From Candidatus Bathyarchaeia archaeon (lineage in GTDB: Archaea > Thermoproteota > Bathyarchaeia > Bathyarchaeales > Bathycorpusculaceae): a stretch of 64,000 nt of DNA. Below the pieces are notes generated by a model. That model saw nothing but the letters and a program-made list of their open reading frames with translations, ran no database searches and was not told the origin of the DNA. The stretch spans positions 1-64,000 of the forward strand of contig JAVZNC010000006.1 of NCBI GenBank assembly GCA_038882955.1. Direction: 5' to 3'. The translations under genes were made by a program, and so were the position numbers. This document shows positions 8,970-20,773 of this stretch, one piece after another (the first letter of the stretch is position 1; every line of letters begins with the position of its first letter).

Positions 8970-11738
8970 GTGGAGTGGGGAAAAATGTCGAAACCTTGGC
9001 ATGCGATGGAGATTGAAGAAACTTTGAAGATTCTAAATACGAAGGAAACGGGTTTAAGTCAAGAAGAAGCGCAGAAACGCCTAGCAGAGTATGGACCCAA
9101 CGAGCTTAAAAAGGAGAAGGGAATATCGCCAATTAGGCTTTTCCTAGAACAGTTTGCAGACATACTTATAATAATACTTTTAATTGCAACAGGCCTGTCA
9201 ATCTATTTAGGTGAAATTACTGACGCCATTGTCATAATCGCCATAGTTTTAGCATGCGCCATCTTGGGTTTTGTGGAGGAGTATCGTTCAGAAAAGGCTT
9301 TAGAAGCATTAAAGAAGATGACGGCGCCAACAGCCATGGTGTTGCGTGATGGGAAAGAAGTTAAGGTTCAAGCAAGCGAAATTGTTCCGGGCGACATCAT
9401 CCTATTGTACACTGGCGATAAGGTTCCAGCAGACGCCAGACTCATTGAAGCTATCAATCTAAAAATGGATGAGGCTCCATTAACAGGAGAATCCACGCCG
9501 GTGAATAAGACTGTGGATCCGTTACCTGAAGGAATCGGGATTCCCGAAAGGCGAAATATTGTTTTTACTGGAACTGCTGTTGTTTATGGGCGTGGAAAGG
9601 CTGTTGTCACTTCAACTGGGATGAACACGGAGTTTGGCAAAATAGCTAAAATGGTTCAAGTGGCAGAGGAGGAAGAGACTCCTCTTGAAAAGCGTATGGC
9701 TTCTGTTGGGAAATGGATTGGAATATTATGCATATCAGTCTGTCTAGCAGTTGCAGCCATAGGCATAGCGGAAGGACGCAATCCACTTGACATGATTTTG
9801 TGGGGAGTAAGCCTCGCCGTTGCTGCTGTCCCAGAAGCATTACCCGCCATAGTAACAGGCGCCCTCGCTGTTGGCATGTACCGTATGGCTAAGGTTAATA
9901 CCATAGTTAGGAGACTTCCAGCCGTTGAAACACTGGGATGCACAAGCGTCATCTGCGCCGACAAAACTGGAACAATGACTAAAGGTGAAATGACTGTTCA
10001 AAGGATATACGTGAATGACAAAACAATCAAAGTTTCAGGAGTAGGCTACGAGCCACAAGGCGAATTCATATTTGAAGACAAAAAATTGGATCCAGCACAA
10101 GAAGAAGAGCTTGTGACGCTTTTAAAGATTTCAGCTTTGTGTAATGATGCAAAGTTAGAAAAGGAAAAAGAAAGTGGGAGATGGATAATTAAAGGCGATC
10201 CCACAGAAGGCGCTTTGGTTGTTGCTGCAGCTAAGGCTGGATTATGGAAAGAAGAACTAGAAAAGGAAAATCCACGCATAGGTGAGGTGCCATTTTCTTC
10301 TGAAAGAAAACGCATGACCACCGTTCACTTAGCATCTAAGAAGAAAATGGCTTTCATGAAAGGAGCGCCTGAAATAGTCTTGGAAAGATGCACAAGGATT
10401 CTTTCAAAGGGAAAAGTGCGCAAAATAACAAAAGAAGACAAAGAAAAAATACTGGAAGTAAACGAAGCGATGGCAATGCAAGCACTGAGAAATTTAGGCT
10501 TCGCTTACAAAGAACTGCCAGAATCCACAACAAATTTTGACGAGAAAATTGAGAATGAAATGACCTTTGTTGGAATAATGGGAATGATTGACCCTCCAAG
10601 GGAGGAAGTCAAAGATGCAATTTCACTTTGCAGAAAAGCTGGAATCAGAGTTGTCATGGTAACGGGCGACCACAAACTTACGGCGGTTGCTGTGGCAAAA
10701 GAACTTAACTTAATTGGCGAAAATGAAGCGCCGAGTCAAGTGCTCACTGGCGAAGAGTTGGACAAAATAAATGACGAACAGCTAACCCAAATGGTTGAGA
10801 ATGTTGTGATTTATGCTCGTGTTTCGCCTGAACATAAAATGCGGATTGTTAAGGCTTGGAAGGCAAAGGGATATGTTGTTGCAATGACTGGTGATGGAGT
10901 TAATGATGCGCCAGCCCTCAAATTGTCAGACATAGGCGTCGCCATGGGAATCACTGGCACAGAAGTGACAAAAGAAGCTTCAGATATGGTTTTAACAGAT
11001 GACAACTTCGCGTCCATTGTTAAGGCAGTCAAAGAAGGACGCGAAATCTATGATAACATAAAGAAATACTTAACCTATCTGCTGCGCTGCAATGTCATGG
11101 AAATCCTTGTAATGTTCATAGTAATGATAAGCGTTCCATACTTGGCGGGTTCAGCCTATCAGTCAGGTGGAGATCCGAAACTTTCTCCAACAGTTGCTTT
11201 AACTGCAATACAGCTTTTATGGGTTAATTTGACAACGGATGGTTTACCAGCCTTAGCCTTGGGGATAGATCCAGGCGATCCGGATTTGATGGAAAGGAAA
11301 CCTAGAGATCCAAATGAGAGTGTGTTCACGCGCGATGTCAAACTCTATTTGACATTAGTGCCTATTATGATGACTGTTCTTCTTCTGTATGGCTATTTTA
11401 TGCATCAACCATGGTTAAGCGAATACAACTTGCTTGAGGCTAGGACACAGTTGCTGACGGCTATGATTCTAATGGAGTTGGCAAACGCCATATCTGCCCG
11501 TTCATTAAGATACACGGTTTTCAAAGTTGGCGTCTTCAAAAACAAATTCCTCTGGGTTGCAATTCTTTCGTCATTAGGTCTTCAACTGATGGTGCTCTAC
11601 ACGCCGTTTCTCCAAGACTTGTTTGATGTGCATGCACCGGAGCTTATCGACTGGGAAATCGCAATACTATTTACAGCAATAGTCTTCGGCTCGTTAGAGT
11701 TAGGAAAGTATATTGCAAGTAAGAAACGAAAGGCATGA
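8970..11738 (+). CDS. P-type ATPase, P2A (Ca2+-transporting type)
   Basis: TGES, PEALP, DKTGT, KGAPE and GDGVND motifs. Confidence 0.95.
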   Translation: MEWGKMSKPWHAMEIEETLKILNTKETGLSQEEAQKRLAEYGPNELKKEKGISPIRLFLEQFADILIIILLIATGLSIYLGEITDAIVIIAIVLACAILGFVEEYRSEKALEALKKMTAPTAMVLRDGKEVKVQASEIVPGDIILLYTGDKVPADARLIEAINLKMDEAPLTGESTPVNKTVDPLPEGIGIPERRNIVFTGTAVVYGRGKAVVTSTGMNTEFGKIAKMVQVAEEEETPLEKRMASVGKWIGILCISVCLAVAAIGIAEGRNPLDMILWGVSLAVAAVPEALPAIVTGALAVGMYRMAKVNTIVRRLPAVETLGCTSVICADKTGTMTKGEMTVQRIYVNDKTIKVSGVGYEPQGEFIFEDKKLDPAQEEELVTLLKISALCNDAKLEKEKESGRWIIKGDPTEGALVVAAAKAGLWKEELEKENPRIGEVPFSSERKRMTTVHLASKKKMAFMKGAPEIVLERCTRILSKGKVRKITKEDKEKILEVNEAMAMQALRNLGFAYKELPESTTNFDEKIENEMTFVGIMGMIDPPREEVKDAISLCRKAGIRVVMVTGDHKLTAVAVAKELNLIGENEAPSQVLTGEELDKINDEQLTQMVENVVIYARVSPEHKMRIVKAWKAKGYVVAMTGDGVNDAPALKLSDIGVAMGITGTEVTKEASDMVLTDDNFASIVKAVKEGREIYDNIKKYLTYLLRCNVMEILVMFIVMISVPYLAGSAYQSGGDPKLSPTVALTAIQLLWVNLTTDGLPALALGIDPGDPDLMERKPRDPNESVFTRDVKLYLTLVPIMMTVLLLYGYFMHQPWLSEYNLLEARTQLLTAMILMELANAISARSLRYTVFKVGVFKNKFLWVAILSSLGLQLMVLYTPFLQDLFDVHAPELIDWEIAILFTAIVFGSLELGKYIASKKRKA

Positions 11739-11805
11739 CCAGAAAAACATATATCCCAACCCATTTTTATGTAAGGTTTTCCCAACAAAAGAAGGATGAA
11801 ATGAT

Positions 11806-12408
11806 ATGAGTGAAAAAACTGCAAATCCAGCCCCCCTTGGGCTTTTAGGCTTCGGAATAACCACAGTTCTGCTAAACTTTGTTCACAACGCTCAGCTTGG
11901 ACCGCTGGACACGATGATTTTGGCGATGGGCATAGCTTACGGAGGACTAGCCCAAATAATAGCTGGGGTAATGGAGTACAAGAAGGGCAACACATTCGGC
12001 ACAGTTGCGTTCACATCCTACGGCTTGTTCTGGTGGTCATTCGTAGCCCTAACGCTGTTGCCGAAAATCACGTTTTTCAACGGGCTTGCTGCGCCTTCGT
12101 ACGAAGCTCAAGCAGCATACTTCTTCATGTGGGGCCTGTTCACGCTGGCAATGTTTTTTGGCACGCTGAAAACAAACCGCGCACTACAATTCGTATTCAT
12201 AAGCCTAGCAACACTGTTCTTCCTGCTCGCGGCAAAATCAGCGCTGCTAGCGTACACGTCAATGACGACGGTGGATCTTGAACTTTTCACACGCATAATA
12301 GGCGTTGAGGGAATAATCTGCGGATTAAGTGCAGTCTACCTCGCAATCGCGGAAGTGTTAAACGAAGCTCACGGAAAAACAGTTTTGCCAATATGTCCAG
12401 TAAGCTGA
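11806..12408 (+). CDS. satP: Acetate uptake transporter (GPR1/FUN34/SatP family)
   Basis: [11 protein letters not shown] signature, GNTFG, SYGLFW; six predicted TM segments. Confidence 0.92.
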   Translation: MSEKTANPAPLGLLGFGITTVLLNFVHNAQLGPLDTMILAMGIAYGGLAQIIAGVMEYKKGNTFGTVAFTSYGLFWWSFVALTLLPKITFFNGLAAPSYEAQAAYFFMWGLFTLAMFFGTLKTNRALQFVFISLATLFFLLAAKSALLAYTSMTTVDLELFTRIIGVEGIICGLSAVYLAIAEVLNEAHGKTVLPICPVS

Positions 12409-12527
12409 AACTCAATTTTCTTTCTTTTTATAGAAGGGCCTATATCTTCGGGGCGAAAGTCAACAATAATTCCGCTCTAAACAACCTAAACCTATAAATA
12501 TAATTACACATTTTTGTAAAGAAAATC

Positions 12528-14588
12528 TTGGGTGAAATGGTAATGTCCAAGGAAGGAGTGGAATTATATAAAGAATTTGAAGCCGACATAATTCCACCAA
12601 GCTGGAAAGACAAGGCATGGGACAAAAATGACTTCAAAAAATGGTACGAAAGCACGGTGAAAGACAAAAGAGCAGTAGAAGAATGGTGGGGTAAGTGGGC
12701 AAACGAGATTTTCTGGTTTAAAAAATGGGACAAAGTACTGGATGACAGCAATCCTCCGTTTTACAGATGGTTTGTAGGAGGAGAAACAAACCTAGCGTAT
12801 CTCGACACAGATTGGCAGATTGAGCAAGGAAGAAAGAACAAGTTGGCGTTAATTTGGGAAGGCGAACCATGGGATGAGACGCTTGAACAGCCGAAAGAGG
12901 TTAGAAAGTTCACGTATTACGACCTCTACAGAGAATCGAACGTAATTAGCTACGCTCTAAAAGAGAAACTTGGCGTCAAAAAGGGCGAAATAGTGACATT
13001 ATACCTTCCAATGATTCCAGAATTACCCTTCTACATGCTTGCCCTCCAAAGATTAGGAGCAAAACACAGCGCAGTCTACAGCGGTTTCAGTGCTGATGCC
13101 TTGGCCACAAGAGCCATGGATGCAGGTTCAAGAATAATCGTCACCGCCGACGGTTTCTATAGAAGAGGAAGAATAATTAGCCTCAAACCTATAGTGGACG
13201 AAGCCATAAAAATATGCGCCCAAAGCGGTGTTAAAATAGAGAAAGTCATAGTGGTTAGGAGGGCTGGCAATGAAATACCTTGGAACAGCCAAATAGACGT
13301 TTGGCATCATGAATTAACAAGAGACGTGCCGAAAAATGTGAAGGTTCCAGCTGAAAGATGCGGTTCAGAAGACTTCTCATACATACTCTACACGTCGGGA
13401 ACAACAGCCGCCCCAAAGGGAGCACAAATCCCCATAGGTGGATATGCAGTCGGATTGTACGCTACCATGAAATTAATATTCGATGTAAAAGAAGATGACA
13501 TCTACTGGTGCACAGCAGACATCGGATGGGTTACTGGGCACTCTTACATAGTTTACGGTCCACTTCTAACGGGTTTAACATCAATAATGTATGAGGGAGC
13601 ACCAGATTTTCCAAATCCTGAAAGATGGTGGAACATAATTCAACGCTATGGTGTTACACTGTTCTATACAACGCCAACGGCAATAAGAATGCTTATGAAG
13701 TTTCCAGAAGAACTTGTCCGAAAATACGACTTGTCCACGGTCAGAATCTGCCATTCAGTAGGTGAACCAATAAACCCAGAAGCATTTAAATGGTACTTCA
13801 AAAACATTGGAAAAGAAGACATCGTAGCCTCAAGCACATGGTGGATGACTGAAACAGGACAAATGTTGACGGGGCACTATCCAGGACTAGGAAAAATATT
13901 CCCACTTAAACCTGGAACGAATGGTTATCCGTTTCCAGGCGTCACATTAGAAGTCCTTGACGACGATGGAAATCCATGTCCGCCAGGCGTTAGAGGATAC
14001 TTGGCTATAACTTCGCCATGGCCTGCAATGTTAATGACGCTTTTCAAAAATCCACAAAGGTACGTGGACGTTTATTGGTCAAGGTTCAAAGGTAAAACAT
14101 ACTTCTACACTGGAGATTTTGCCATAAAAGACAAGGACGGATATCTATGGGTGTTAGGAAGGGCAGATGACGTTCTAAAAGTTGCAGGACACAGAATCGG
14201 AACCGCAGAAATCGAATCCGCAATGATCAAGCATCCGGCGGTTGCAGAATCAGCATGCATAGGCAAGACTGACCCTGTCAAGGGAGAAATTCCATTTATC
14301 TTCACAGTGCTTAAACAAGGATACAAGCCAGACCCGAACCTTACAAACGAAATAAAAATGCACCTAAGGGCAACAATCGGACCGCTTGTGGCTTCAGACG
14401 CGGTGATAGCCTTCGTTGACTCTGTGCCCAAAACAAGAAGCGGCAAAATCATGAGGAGGCTGTTAAAGGCGATTGTAAGCGGAGCAGCCATAGGCGACGT
14501 TACCACATTGGAAGATGGAGTGGCAGTTGAAGAGGCAAAGAAGGCTTACGAGAGCGTGAAAGAAGCCCTAGAGCGCGGCAAAAGTTAA
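12528..14588 (+). CDS. acs: AMP-forming acetyl-CoA synthetase
   Basis: YTSGTT..PKG, WCTADIGW, TWWMTETG and PKTRSGKIMRR. Confidence 0.93.
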   Translation: MGEMVMSKEGVELYKEFEADIIPPSWKDKAWDKNDFKKWYESTVKDKRAVEEWWGKWANEIFWFKKWDKVLDDSNPPFYRWFVGGETNLAYLDTDWQIEQGRKNKLALIWEGEPWDETLEQPKEVRKFTYYDLYRESNVISYALKEKLGVKKGEIVTLYLPMIPELPFYMLALQRLGAKHSAVYSGFSADALATRAMDAGSRIIVTADGFYRRGRIISLKPIVDEAIKICAQSGVKIEKVIVVRRAGNEIPWNSQIDVWHHELTRDVPKNVKVPAERCGSEDFSYILYTSGTTAAPKGAQIPIGGYAVGLYATMKLIFDVKEDDIYWCTADIGWVTGHSYIVYGPLLTGLTSIMYEGAPDFPNPERWWNIIQRYGVTLFYTTPTAIRMLMKFPEELVRKYDLSTVRICHSVGEPINPEAFKWYFKNIGKEDIVASSTWWMTETGQMLTGHYPGLGKIFPLKPGTNGYPFPGVTLEVLDDDGNPCPPGVRGYLAITSPWPAMLMTLFKNPQRYVDVYWSRFKGKTYFYTGDFAIKDKDGYLWVLGRADDVLKVAGHRIGTAEIESAMIKHPAVAESACIGKTDPVKGEIPFIFTVLKQGYKPDPNLTNEIKMHLRATIGPLVASDAVIAFVDSVPKTRSGKIMRRLLKAIVSGAAIGDVTTLEDGVAVEEAKKAYESVKEALERGKS

Positions 14589-14617
14589 GCCGTCAAATTT
14601 TATTTTTCTTCTTTTCA

Positions 14618-17281
14618 TTAAGAGAATTCCATGGATACCACCTTGGTTTCGCTGTCAACAGGCTCAATTTTGAAACCCTTTTTCGTGCACAAATTAATCA
14701 TTCTCACATTGTCTGAAAATACAAAACCGTAAATTTTTTTCATCCTCATCTCCTTGCTAACCTCGATTATGTGATCGACAAGTTTCGAACCAAGACCAAG
14801 CCCTTGCCATTGGTCGCCAACAACAACGGCGAATTCTCCACAGTTCCGTCCAGGTTCTGAAACAATCCTTGCAACACCGATTATTTGCTTTCTATCCCGT
14901 TGAATTTCGGCAACTATAGCCATTTCGCGGTCATAGTCCAAATTGCAATATCTTGTTAGGGTTTCATGCGGCATATCCCTAATAACTCGGAAAAACCGCA
15001 AACGCATGGTTTCTTCTGAAAGGGACTTGAAAAGCTCTGCTAGGAGCATCTCATCTTCTGGTCTAATTGGTCGAAGTGTCACGCAAACCCCATTTTTTAG
15101 TTGCCAATTTGTGACGTACTTTCTTGGGTATGGCGCTATAACCAAGTGCTCATGTGACTGAACGTCCTTTGTAATTCTTTCAATGTCTATTACTATGCGG
15201 GCGTCAACAGCCACGGCATTGTTTCCATCAAAAATCAGCGGGTTTACGTCTATCTCCTTTATCTCTGGAAAGTCTATGACAAGCTGTGAAAACTTTACCA
15301 AAATTTCCTCGAGAACTTTCGCACCAGACTTGGACTCGCTTGACAACCGCGAATATATTTTGGTTCCTTCCATAAGACGCCTTGCAAGAACCAAATTTAG
15401 GGGCGGAAAACCTATGCTTATGTCTCTTGCAACTTCCGTCGCTACACCACCCATGCCAAATGCAATAACTGAACCAAACTGTGAATCCTTCTTTGCGCCT
15501 ATCAACAATTCATAACCTCCCTTCTGAATCATGGGTTGAATGACGACGCCTTGAAATTCCGCTCCTGGACTGTAATTCTTGACTCTTTCAGCCAGCTCGT
15601 TAAAGAATGTTTTTACTTCTGTTGGAGACCAAATGTTTAGGATTATCCCCTCAGCTTTTGACTTGTGGGTTATCTGCGGCGAAACAGCTTTCATAACCAC
15701 TGGATACCCAACTTGAGAAGCAGCAGCCTCCGCCTCTTCCGAAGACTTTGCAAACAAAGTCTTTATCGTTGGAATTTTATAGGCTTCAAGAAACTGCAGG
15801 GACTCGTAAACGTTAAGGATCTGCCTTCCCTCATCAAAAGCCTTCTTCAAGACTTCCTTAAGGAAAGCTGGAATTGAAAATTCTATTGGAAGTTCCTCTG
15901 GGGTCTGATATAGTAGTTCAAGGTTCTGCGTGTAACTGTACATATACATAAAAGTGAAGACGGCTTGCTCTGGAGTTGTGAATGCTGGAATGCGATTTTT
16001 CTGTAGCATGCGTCTAGCAATTCGGCAACCATCCTCGCCAAGAAGCGAAGCCAAAACTGGTTTAGAAGTCCTTTTAGAAGCTTCAACAATTATCCTTGCA
16101 ATGGTCATTGGGTCTGTTGCTCCTTGGGGAGTATAAATAATCAAGAAACCGTCGCTGTTCGGGTCTTGCAGACAAATTTCGATGACTTTTCTGAACCTTT
16201 CTGGCATTGCTTCTTCGAAAACGTCGATGGGGTTGGATATGCTGCAGTATGGCGGCAAGATCTCCTTTAAAGCCTTAACCGTTTCGTTGCTTAAGCGTGC
16301 AAGTTTTCCGCCCTTAGCGATTAACGTATCGGTTGCAATTATTCCAGGTCCTCCAGCATTTGTTATTATTGTAAGGTTTGGACCATTTGGGTTGGGCTGC
16401 ATCGCCAAGGCTTCTGCGCAGTTGAAAAGGTCGTTCAGTGCTTCCACGCGTACTATTCCAGCACGCCTAAATGCGGCGTCATAAACAGCGTCGTCTCCGC
16501 ACAACTCTCCAGTGTGAGAGAGAGTTGCTTCTGCGCTTTCGCTGAAGCGTCCAGCCTTTACAACGACTATTGGTTTTGCTCTTGCAAAGCCTCTCGCTGC
16601 GCTCATGAATTTCCGCGCATCTTTTATGCATTCTAGGTAAAGTACTATGCTTCTTGTTTGGGCGTCTGCTCCAAAATAGTCTATCAAGTCTCCAAGGTCA
16701 ACATCGAGCATGGAACCCGTGGATACAACAGCGCTGAAGCCTATGTGCGCGTCGGAAGCCCAGTCCAGAGCAGATGCGCATAAGGCTGCGCTCTGCGAGA
16801 TGAACGCTATTTTTCCTGGAAGCGCTGCTTTGTTCGCGAAAGTTGCGTTTAATCCTATTTTTGGTCGCATAACCCCAAAACTGTTTGGTCCAATCACGCG
16901 CATTCCATACTCGCTCTTACATTTTATAATCTGCTTTTCAATAGCATCTCCGTTCTTCCCAGTCTCTTTATATATGGCTGAGATTATGACAACTCCTGAA
17001 ACTCCGGCTTTTCCGCATTCCTCCATGATTTGTGGAATTGTGTGTGCTGGAGTTGCTATTATTGCAAGGTCTACATGCCATGGAATCTTTAAAATGCTTG
17101 GGTAGGCTTTTATTCCCTGCACTGTGGATTTGAATGGGTTAACGGGGTAGACGACGCCTTGATAGCCAACACCAACAAGGTTTCGCAGAAGCCTAGCGCC
17201 TACAGAGCCTTCTTTGCTGCTTGCGCCTATAACTGCAACACTTTTTGGATTAAAAATTTTGTCGAAGTTTTCTGTGCCCAC
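14618..17281 (-). CDS. Acyl-CoA synthetase (NDP-forming)-like / GNAT fusion, Pat/PatZ-type protein acetyltransferase
   Basis: CoA-binding VAVIGAS, GPNSFG, SHTG, TNAGGPG, ATP-grasp EIDVNPL, then C-terminal GNAT (WQGLGLGSKL). Confidence 0.9.
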   Translation of the reverse strand: MGTENFDKIFNPKSVAVIGASSKEGSVGARLLRNLVGVGYQGVVYPVNPFKSTVQGIKAYPSILKIPWHVDLAIIATPAHTIPQIMEECGKAGVSGVVIISAIYKETGKNGDAIEKQIIKCKSEYGMRVIGPNSFGVMRPKIGLNATFANKAALPGKIAFISQSAALCASALDWASDAHIGFSAVVSTGSMLDVDLGDLIDYFGADAQTRSIVLYLECIKDARKFMSAARGFARAKPIVVVKAGRFSESAEATLSHTGELCGDDAVYDAAFRRAGIVRVEALNDLFNCAEALAMQPNPNGPNLTIITNAGGPGIIATDTLIAKGGKLARLSNETVKALKEILPPYCSISNPIDVFEEAMPERFRKVIEICLQDPNSDGFLIIYTPQGATDPMTIARIIVEASKRTSKPVLASLLGEDGCRIARRMLQKNRIPAFTTPEQAVFTFMYMYSYTQNLELLYQTPEELPIEFSIPAFLKEVLKKAFDEGRQILNVYESLQFLEAYKIPTIKTLFAKSSEEAEAAASQVGYPVVMKAVSPQITHKSKAEGIILNIWSPTEVKTFFNELAERVKNYSPGAEFQGVVIQPMIQKGGYELLIGAKKDSQFGSVIAFGMGGVATEVARDISIGFPPLNLVLARRLMEGTKIYSRLSSESKSGAKVLEEILVKFSQLVIDFPEIKEIDVNPLIFDGNNAVAVDARIVIDIERITKDVQSHEHLVIAPYPRKYVTNWQLKNGVCVTLRPIRPEDEMLLAELFKSLSEETMRLRFFRVIRDMPHETLTRYCNLDYDREMAIVAEIQRDRKQIIGVARIVSEPGRNCGEFAVVVGDQWQGLGLGSKLVDHIIEVSKEMRMKKIYGFVFSDNVRMINLCTKKGFKIEPVDSETKVVSMEFS

Positions 17282-17388
17282 TCTTTAGTGCTCCTCCCTC
17301 CAAAGAAGACACTTTCAGTATGTAGTATATACATTACATACTTTTTAATGTTCTGAAAATGTTACGCCTTGCCTACCACTCTGTGGCT

Positions 17389-18678
17389 TTAAGGATAAAA
17401 TCTTCTTATCGTCCTCGGGAATGGTATGGCGTCTATTATGTTTTCGAGGTCAAGCATCCATGTTAGGAGTCTCTCCAACCCCATTCCAAAACCAACATGT
17501 GGAACAGTTCCATAACGTCGTAGGTCAATGTACCAGTCATAATCTTCCTCTTTTAATCCCATTTCTCTTATCCTTGCGATTAAAACGTCCTTGTCGTCTT
17601 CTCTTGCGCCGCCAGTTGAGATTTCTCCTATGCGCGGGACAAGTATGTCCGTGGACAATGCTATTTCGGGCTTGTCCCTACGCGTTTTGCAGTAGAAAGC
17701 CTTTATTTGCTTTGGATAGTCGTATATGAAGAACGGTTGTCCAATTTGTTCGGCTATTGTCTTTTCCTCATCATAGCCCATGTCCTCACCCCACTTTATC
17801 GAGAAGCCTTTCGCGTTCAATCTTTCAATAGCCTCTGTGTACGTTATTCTTGGAAGTGGCGTTTTGATGGAGGTCAGTTTGGAAATGTCTGCACCCAACT
17901 CTTCGATTTCTTTTCTGCATCTTTCGGCTGCGCCGTGGCAGATGTGGGCTAAAAGTTCTTCTTCTAGATGCATGAGGTCATCCATGTCCGTGAATGCTTG
18001 TTCAGCCTCTATATGCCAGTATTCTGTCAAGTGTCTTATGGTTCGGCTTTTTTCAGCCCTAAAAGAGGGGGCGATGCAATACACCTTTTCAAGGGAATAA
18101 ATCAAAACTTCGAGGTAGAGCTGAGCACTTTGTGTTAGGTATAGGTTTCTGTCGAAATATTTTAAGCCGAAAAGCGTTGAGCCGCCTTCACACGCGCTTG
18201 TTATAAACATTGGTGGTGAAACTTCAATGAAGCCAGATTGTTTGAAGAATTCGTGTGTAAGCCTCAAAACTTCGCTTCGCACCCTCATTATCAAGTTCAT
18301 GCGTCGGCTGCGAAGCCAAAGGTGGCGAACATCTCGTAAGAATTCTTCACTTTTGTCCTTTGTTATTGGGAAGACTTCAGCCAACCCAATTATTGAGAGG
18401 TTTTCAACAGAAATCTCGTAGCCTCCTGGTGCGCGTTTGTCATGTTTGACTGTGCCTTCAAGTGTGAGCGATGATTCTATTGTTATTTTTTTGGCGTTTT
18501 CCCACGCTGACGCTTCCTTTTTAACTGTGCATTGTATTATGCCACTTGCGTCGCGTACGACAAGGAATATTGTCTGTTTTTCTTCGCGTTTGCGGTAAAC
18601 CCATCCTCTTATTACAATTTTCTCGCCTACATGTTTTCCTTCCAAGATTTGCTGTATTGGAACAAACTCCATGTGCAT
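17389..18678 (-). CDS. asnS: Asparagine--tRNA ligase
   Basis: OB-fold anticodon domain, LTQSAQLYLE, FRAEKSRTIRHLTEYWHIEAE and GFGMGLER. Confidence 0.88.
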   Translation of the reverse strand: MHMEFVPIQQILEGKHVGEKIVIRGWVYRKREEKQTIFLVVRDASGIIQCTVKKEASAWENAKKITIESSLTLEGTVKHDKRAPGGYEISVENLSIIGLAEVFPITKDKSEEFLRDVRHLWLRSRRMNLIMRVRSEVLRLTHEFFKQSGFIEVSPPMFITSACEGGSTLFGLKYFDRNLYLTQSAQLYLEVLIYSLEKVYCIAPSFRAEKSRTIRHLTEYWHIEAEQAFTDMDDLMHLEEELLAHICHGAAERCRKEIEELGADISKLTSIKTPLPRITYTEAIERLNAKGFSIKWGEDMGYDEEKTIAEQIGQPFFIYDYPKQIKAFYCKTRRDKPEIALSTDILVPRIGEISTGGAREDDKDVLIARIREMGLKEEDYDWYIDLRRYGTVPHVGFGMGLERLLTWMLDLENIIDAIPFPRTIRRFYP

Positions 18679-18784
18679 CAGTCTCTTTTTGGTTTTAGAC
18701 AGCCTGAAGCCTATTTGTAGGTTAAAGATTTAAGCATAAATAAATGTGTAGCGCCAACGCGCAACTCTTAAATCTTGCGGGTTT

Positions 18785-20179
18785 ATGCGATATAAACGAA
18801 GAATAATGCAAAACCCCTTAGAAAAAAGCCATAAATTGAGGGTTCTTAAACTTTCAACAATCGCCATATCGAGCGTTGTTCTTGTTGAAATTGTCCTAGG
18901 CTTAATAGTTTCTAGCTTAGCCATCCTAAGCGATGGATTCCATGCGCTACTTGACGCGTTAGCCACTTTCGGGCTTTTCTTTGCAACACGTGAAGCCTTA
19001 AAGCCGCCAGACGCCGAACACACCTACGGGCATGAAAAATTTGAGTCCCTAGGCGGACTTGCCGGCGGCATGGTTCTTGTTGGAATAGCGTTATGGATAA
19101 TGTACGAGGCTGTAGAGCGCATAATTGGAAATCAGCCATACTTAAACTTGGAATTCAAGCTTGCGGGTTTCTTTGCGATAGGATACACCTTCTGCATAGA
19201 CATCGTCAGAGTTAGCCTGTTCTCAAAGTTCATTCACGCGGAGAGCTCCACGGTGAAAGTTGGATTTTACCATGCCATCGCAGATTTAGCATCGACCATA
19301 ATAGCACTGATTGGATTTGGACTTGCAACACAAGGAATTTACAATGGAGACGCTCTAGCTTCGATGTTCCTAAGTGCGATGCTGGTTTATCTAAGCGTGA
19401 AGACGATTTGGAGTAGCGGAATGGAACTAAGCGACGCCATCTCAAAAGACATTGTTGAAAAGGTGCGAAAAGAAGTTTTGGGGACAAGCGGTGTGTGCGG
19501 ATGTGAAGGACTAAGGGTTAGAAGAGCTGGCGCAAAAACTTTCATCGAAGCCACGGTGAAGGTTCCAGAGGACATGAGTCTCGAAGAGGCACATGCATTG
19601 GCATCAAAAATTGAAGAGAACATTAAAACTTCCATCGGCGAAGCGGAAACGACAATCCATGTTGAACCTTTAAGGGAGAAAATCAAAACCGAAAGCCTTG
19701 TGGAAAAGTTGGCATCGGAAGTAGAAGGTGTTAAAGAAGCACATAGGGTAAATGCAGTGCACATGGATGGAAGACTTTACATAACTCTACATGCAAGGGT
19801 CGACCCGAAACTTTCAGTTAAAGAGGCTCATGAGATAGCTGAAAAAATTGAGGATAAAATAGATGGGGAAATAAGCGATGTTGAAAACGTAACAGTCCAT
19901 ATAGAACCCTACAGCATGAAAAAGGGCAGGGCATCAGAGGTCAGCGAGAAGGAAATTAGAAAAATAATCGATGATGCTGTGGAGGAGTTTCCACAGGCTT
20001 TACGCTGTAGAAGAATAGTGACGTATGTTGCTGACAATAGGCGTTACATAAGCATAGACTGTAGCTTCGCAAGTCAAATCTCGATAGAAGAGGCGCATAA
20101 AATTGCTTCAAAAATAGAAAGGAACGTGAAAAAACGCTTTAGGAAAGCGACAGTAACGGTTCACACAGAACCAGATTAA
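18785..20179 (+). CDS. Cation diffusion facilitator with three tandem C-terminal cytosolic domains
   Basis: SDGFHALLD, HTYGHEKFE and HAIAD; three repeats of EEAH..A..IE...T(I/V)H.EP. Confidence 0.9.
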   Translation: MRYKRRIMQNPLEKSHKLRVLKLSTIAISSVVLVEIVLGLIVSSLAILSDGFHALLDALATFGLFFATREALKPPDAEHTYGHEKFESLGGLAGGMVLVGIALWIMYEAVERIIGNQPYLNLEFKLAGFFAIGYTFCIDIVRVSLFSKFIHAESSTVKVGFYHAIADLASTIIALIGFGLATQGIYNGDALASMFLSAMLVYLSVKTIWSSGMELSDAISKDIVEKVRKEVLGTSGVCGCEGLRVRRAGAKTFIEATVKVPEDMSLEEAHALASKIEENIKTSIGEAETTIHVEPLREKIKTESLVEKLASEVEGVKEAHRVNAVHMDGRLYITLHARVDPKLSVKEAHEIAEKIEDKIDGEISDVENVTVHIEPYSMKKGRASEVSEKEIRKIIDDAVEEFPQALRCRRIVTYVADNRRYISIDCSFASQISIEEAHKIASKIERNVKKRFRKATVTVHTEPD

Positions 20180-20197
20180 GAATGCTTAAATGCAGGT

Positions 20198-20773
20198 TTA
20201 ACTCTTAAGCACTTTCAAAATTTCTTCATGTAAATACTCAATTGGCTTGTCCGCATCCAATATTTTCCAATTGTCTGCAAAGGCTAGCGTGAGCGCTTTA
20301 CGCCTAATCTTTTCAAGTTCTTCCAAACTTTCGAACATTTCGCGCCTCTTGCGCGACTGTAATATTCGTTTGTGTGCTTCCTGTGGGCTTACGTCTAAGA
20401 AGAACATGAAGTTTGATTTTGGTACCCACAAGGCGAAAAAGTGGTAGGCTATTTTATGCATTGGCGATGGTAAATAGGCAGTTCCCATAAGGTATCTGAC
20501 GAAGATTATGTAATCGTATTTTTGCCATGAGTAAAGCATTATTGAACGTAACACGTCGAGCATGTAAAAAATTGCGGAGGCAAAGTGAGCGCTCTTTCCA
20601 TGTTGATAAAGGAACTGCCTAGTTTTCACACCGAAAAAATTGTCGTTTGATGGGTGAATGCGAAGGAAAACAGACTTTTCAGATGCTTTCAAAAAATTGT
20701 AGAGCATGACCGCTTGTGTGCTTTTGCCGGACGCGTCAAGTCCATCGATAACTATGAAAACCAATCTAGGCAT
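20198..20773 (-). CDS. tmk: Thymidylate kinase family protein
   Basis: IDGLDASGKSTQ P-loop; FLDVSPQEAHKR. Confidence 0.8.
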   Translation of the reverse strand: MPRLVFIVIDGLDASGKSTQAVMLYNFLKASEKSVFLRIHPSNDNFFGVKTRQFLYQHGKSAHFASAIFYMLDVLRSIMLYSWQKYDYIIFVRYLMGTAYLPSPMHKIAYHFFALWVPKSNFMFFLDVSPQEAHKRILQSRKRREMFESLEELEKIRRKALTLAFADNWKILDADKPIEYLHEEILKVLKS

